From assembly GCA_024137785.1 (NCBI GenBank), contig JAHRHZ010000267.1:22251644-22315643 (forward strand): a stretch of 64,000 nucleotides of DNA, written 5' to 3'. A program made the translations under genes and the position numbers. This document shows positions 62,141 to 64,000 of this stretch, in pieces. This stretch comes from Ginglymostoma cirratum (Eukaryota). Under the pieces are notes generated by a model. That model was given only the letters and a program-made list of their open reading frames with translations, was not told the DNA's origin and did no database searches. Position 1 is the first letter of the stretch. Each line of letters starts with the position of its first letter.

Positions 62141-63029
62141 CCCCGCAAGACTGATATTTCTGCAGTGCCCTGAATGACCTACTGTCATGCTTGGGCTGGA
62201 TGCTCTTGACCTTCAGGACTGACTATGCCCAACTCCCGGACTGCAAGGATATAGATTACTAGAATCTGGTCAAACCAAGCAACTGACTTACTGTGGCCAA
62301 TCCCCTGACTGGAATCAAGCAATCCATTTGACAGAATATCATGGCATCCTCTGACTGACTGTAAGCCCCCTTGACCTCTTTAAGGCCTGTTTCCCTTTTA
62401 TTTTCAGACATGACCATTTTGTTGAATCGCTGGCAGTGTGATTGTCAACTGTTTACCACATAAACTATTGGCATATGCTGTACCCAGTTCTATGGTGCCT
62501 TTTATGTCCCTCTACACAAGGTGATCTGGCAGAAGTATGCAAGTCCTAGGCACCCTAACGCAAAAAAAAGGTCCTGAAGGGCTGAAGTGGTGTGAGATTT
62601 GGACTGAGGGCAGGCATGGTTGTGTGGTGAAGTTGATCGTTTGTACATGCCAAATTGCATTGACAAATGGTAAAAAAGGATGGTGTGCATGGAGTATATC
62701 GCAGGAGTTTTTGAAGACAGAGTCGGATGAAGCCTGGATCAAGCAATCAACAACCTGCAGCCACCAGGATTTGCGTTGGTTTACAAGTTGGAATTTAGGT
62801 TATGTGGTTTCTCAGGGAAGGAGACGAGGTACTGAACTAGGATGAATTGCACTAATAATGCATGGAAATAAAATAGCTGTCGCTCAATGGTGAGTTTTTG
62901 ATGTTGAAGATTAAGATTTAAGGGAAAAAAATAGGATATTGTTTTATTAACATCACAATTCTTACTATACTTTACCAAATTTTTCACTATTGCCCACTCC
63001 ATCTTATTGTTTAAAATTATTATTCTCAT

Positions 63030-63402
63030 ATGAGATATGAGTGTCACTGGCAAGGCTGACATTTGTTGCCCATCTCTAATTTCCCATGAGCTGATTGGTT
63101 CTCTAGATCATGCAGATGGCAGTTTAAGTTCAACTGTATTTCTGTAGATCTGGAGTAAGACAGCAGCCACAGCAGGTAAGGATGGTACCTTGCTTCTCTA
63201 AAGAATACAAGTGAAGCAGGTGGAGTTTTATGACAATCAATAACGGTTACATGGTCACCATTAGACGTCCTTTTAATTCAAGATTTTGTTTCTCTAAATT
63301 GAATTCAAATTTCGCCATTTGCCACAGTGAAATTCAAACTCACATCCCTGACTCTGGGACACTGGATTAGCAGTCCAGTAAGATTTACCACAAAGTCACT
63401 GC
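63030..63402 (-). mobile_element. tRNA-headed SINE (second family)
   Basis: GTCACTGGCAAGGCTGACATTTGTTGCCCATCTCTAATT…ATGGTCACCATTAGAC…CTGGATTAGCAGTCCAG. Confidence 0.8.
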
Positions 63403-64000
63403 CTTGAAGGGGAGAGGAAAGTTCCACCCAAAGTCTTGAGTGAGAACAGGCCATTTGGTACATTTAATTTATTTAATCTGGAAGTCGTGTGTGTTTACTT
63501 TGTCACAGATGCCTTCTCTGTCACCTCCTGCAACTTTAAGGAGCGCCAAATTCTACCTACTTATCCGAATGAAAAAATACAAAAGTGATAATAACTTTAG
63601 GGCACTCAGCAGAAAGATGAAATGTCTGTAACAAGTAACAGATAATGCTATATTTAAGATGAGCTTGACCTTGTTGAACTAACATCTAAACTGTAGTGTC
63701 TCTTTGGGCAACATCAGAGAAAATGTCGTAGATAATGAATACCGGTGGCATGTGAATGGTGAGAGAGCAAACTCGCAGCCCAGTCTGACCAGGCACATGT
63801 GCTTTTCTAATTTTCACAATCTTATGTTCATTAATCTTATATTCAAGACAGAACATTTCCAATAACTTTCTCAGTTTCTTTATGAGCACTCATTCAGACA
63901 GCTGATATTAGTATTTCAGATGTGATACATGAAATAACAATTTCATATGGAAACTAAATATTTGATACAGACACAATGATATGAACAAACAGAACAAAGT

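Noticed and set aside
1-64000. ORF-track entries as genuine genes
   Set aside because: All are 60-216 aa, many use non-ATG starts, and they are either antisense or off-frame to decayed repeats or have no recognisable homology; this is eukaryotic DNA

Overview
Non-coding, repeat-dense vertebrate genomic DNA from a cartilaginous fish. The repeat families (HE1-type SINEs, shark CR1 LINEs, shark Penelope tails) suggest an orectolobiform shark; the species is an inference. No intact host protein-coding gene was recognised, and almost all entries in the ORF track are noise or fragments of decayed transposons. Content: several CR1, Rex1/Babar and RTE LINE fragments, tRNA-derived SINEs, Harbinger nuclease and Myb/SANT remnants, Gypsy integrase remnants, solo-LTR-like pieces, and Penelope-like (PLE) micro-insertions carrying minimal hammerhead-ribozyme motifs. 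Highlights: (1) a 4.1-kb insertion (1341-5458) flanked by a 5-bp TSD splits a Harbinger transposase in register and contains a decayed RLIM/RNF6 E3-ligase fragment, a CR1 3' half, an env-like remnant and an LTR-like end; (2) young hairpin-shaped PLE insertions with 13-15 bp TSDs; (3) an RTE LINE with a twin-priming-type inversion; (4) four tandem tRNA-like heads inside a solo-LTR-like sequence. All family assignments come from recognising motifs by eye, without database searches, so boundaries are approximate unless a TSD fixes them.
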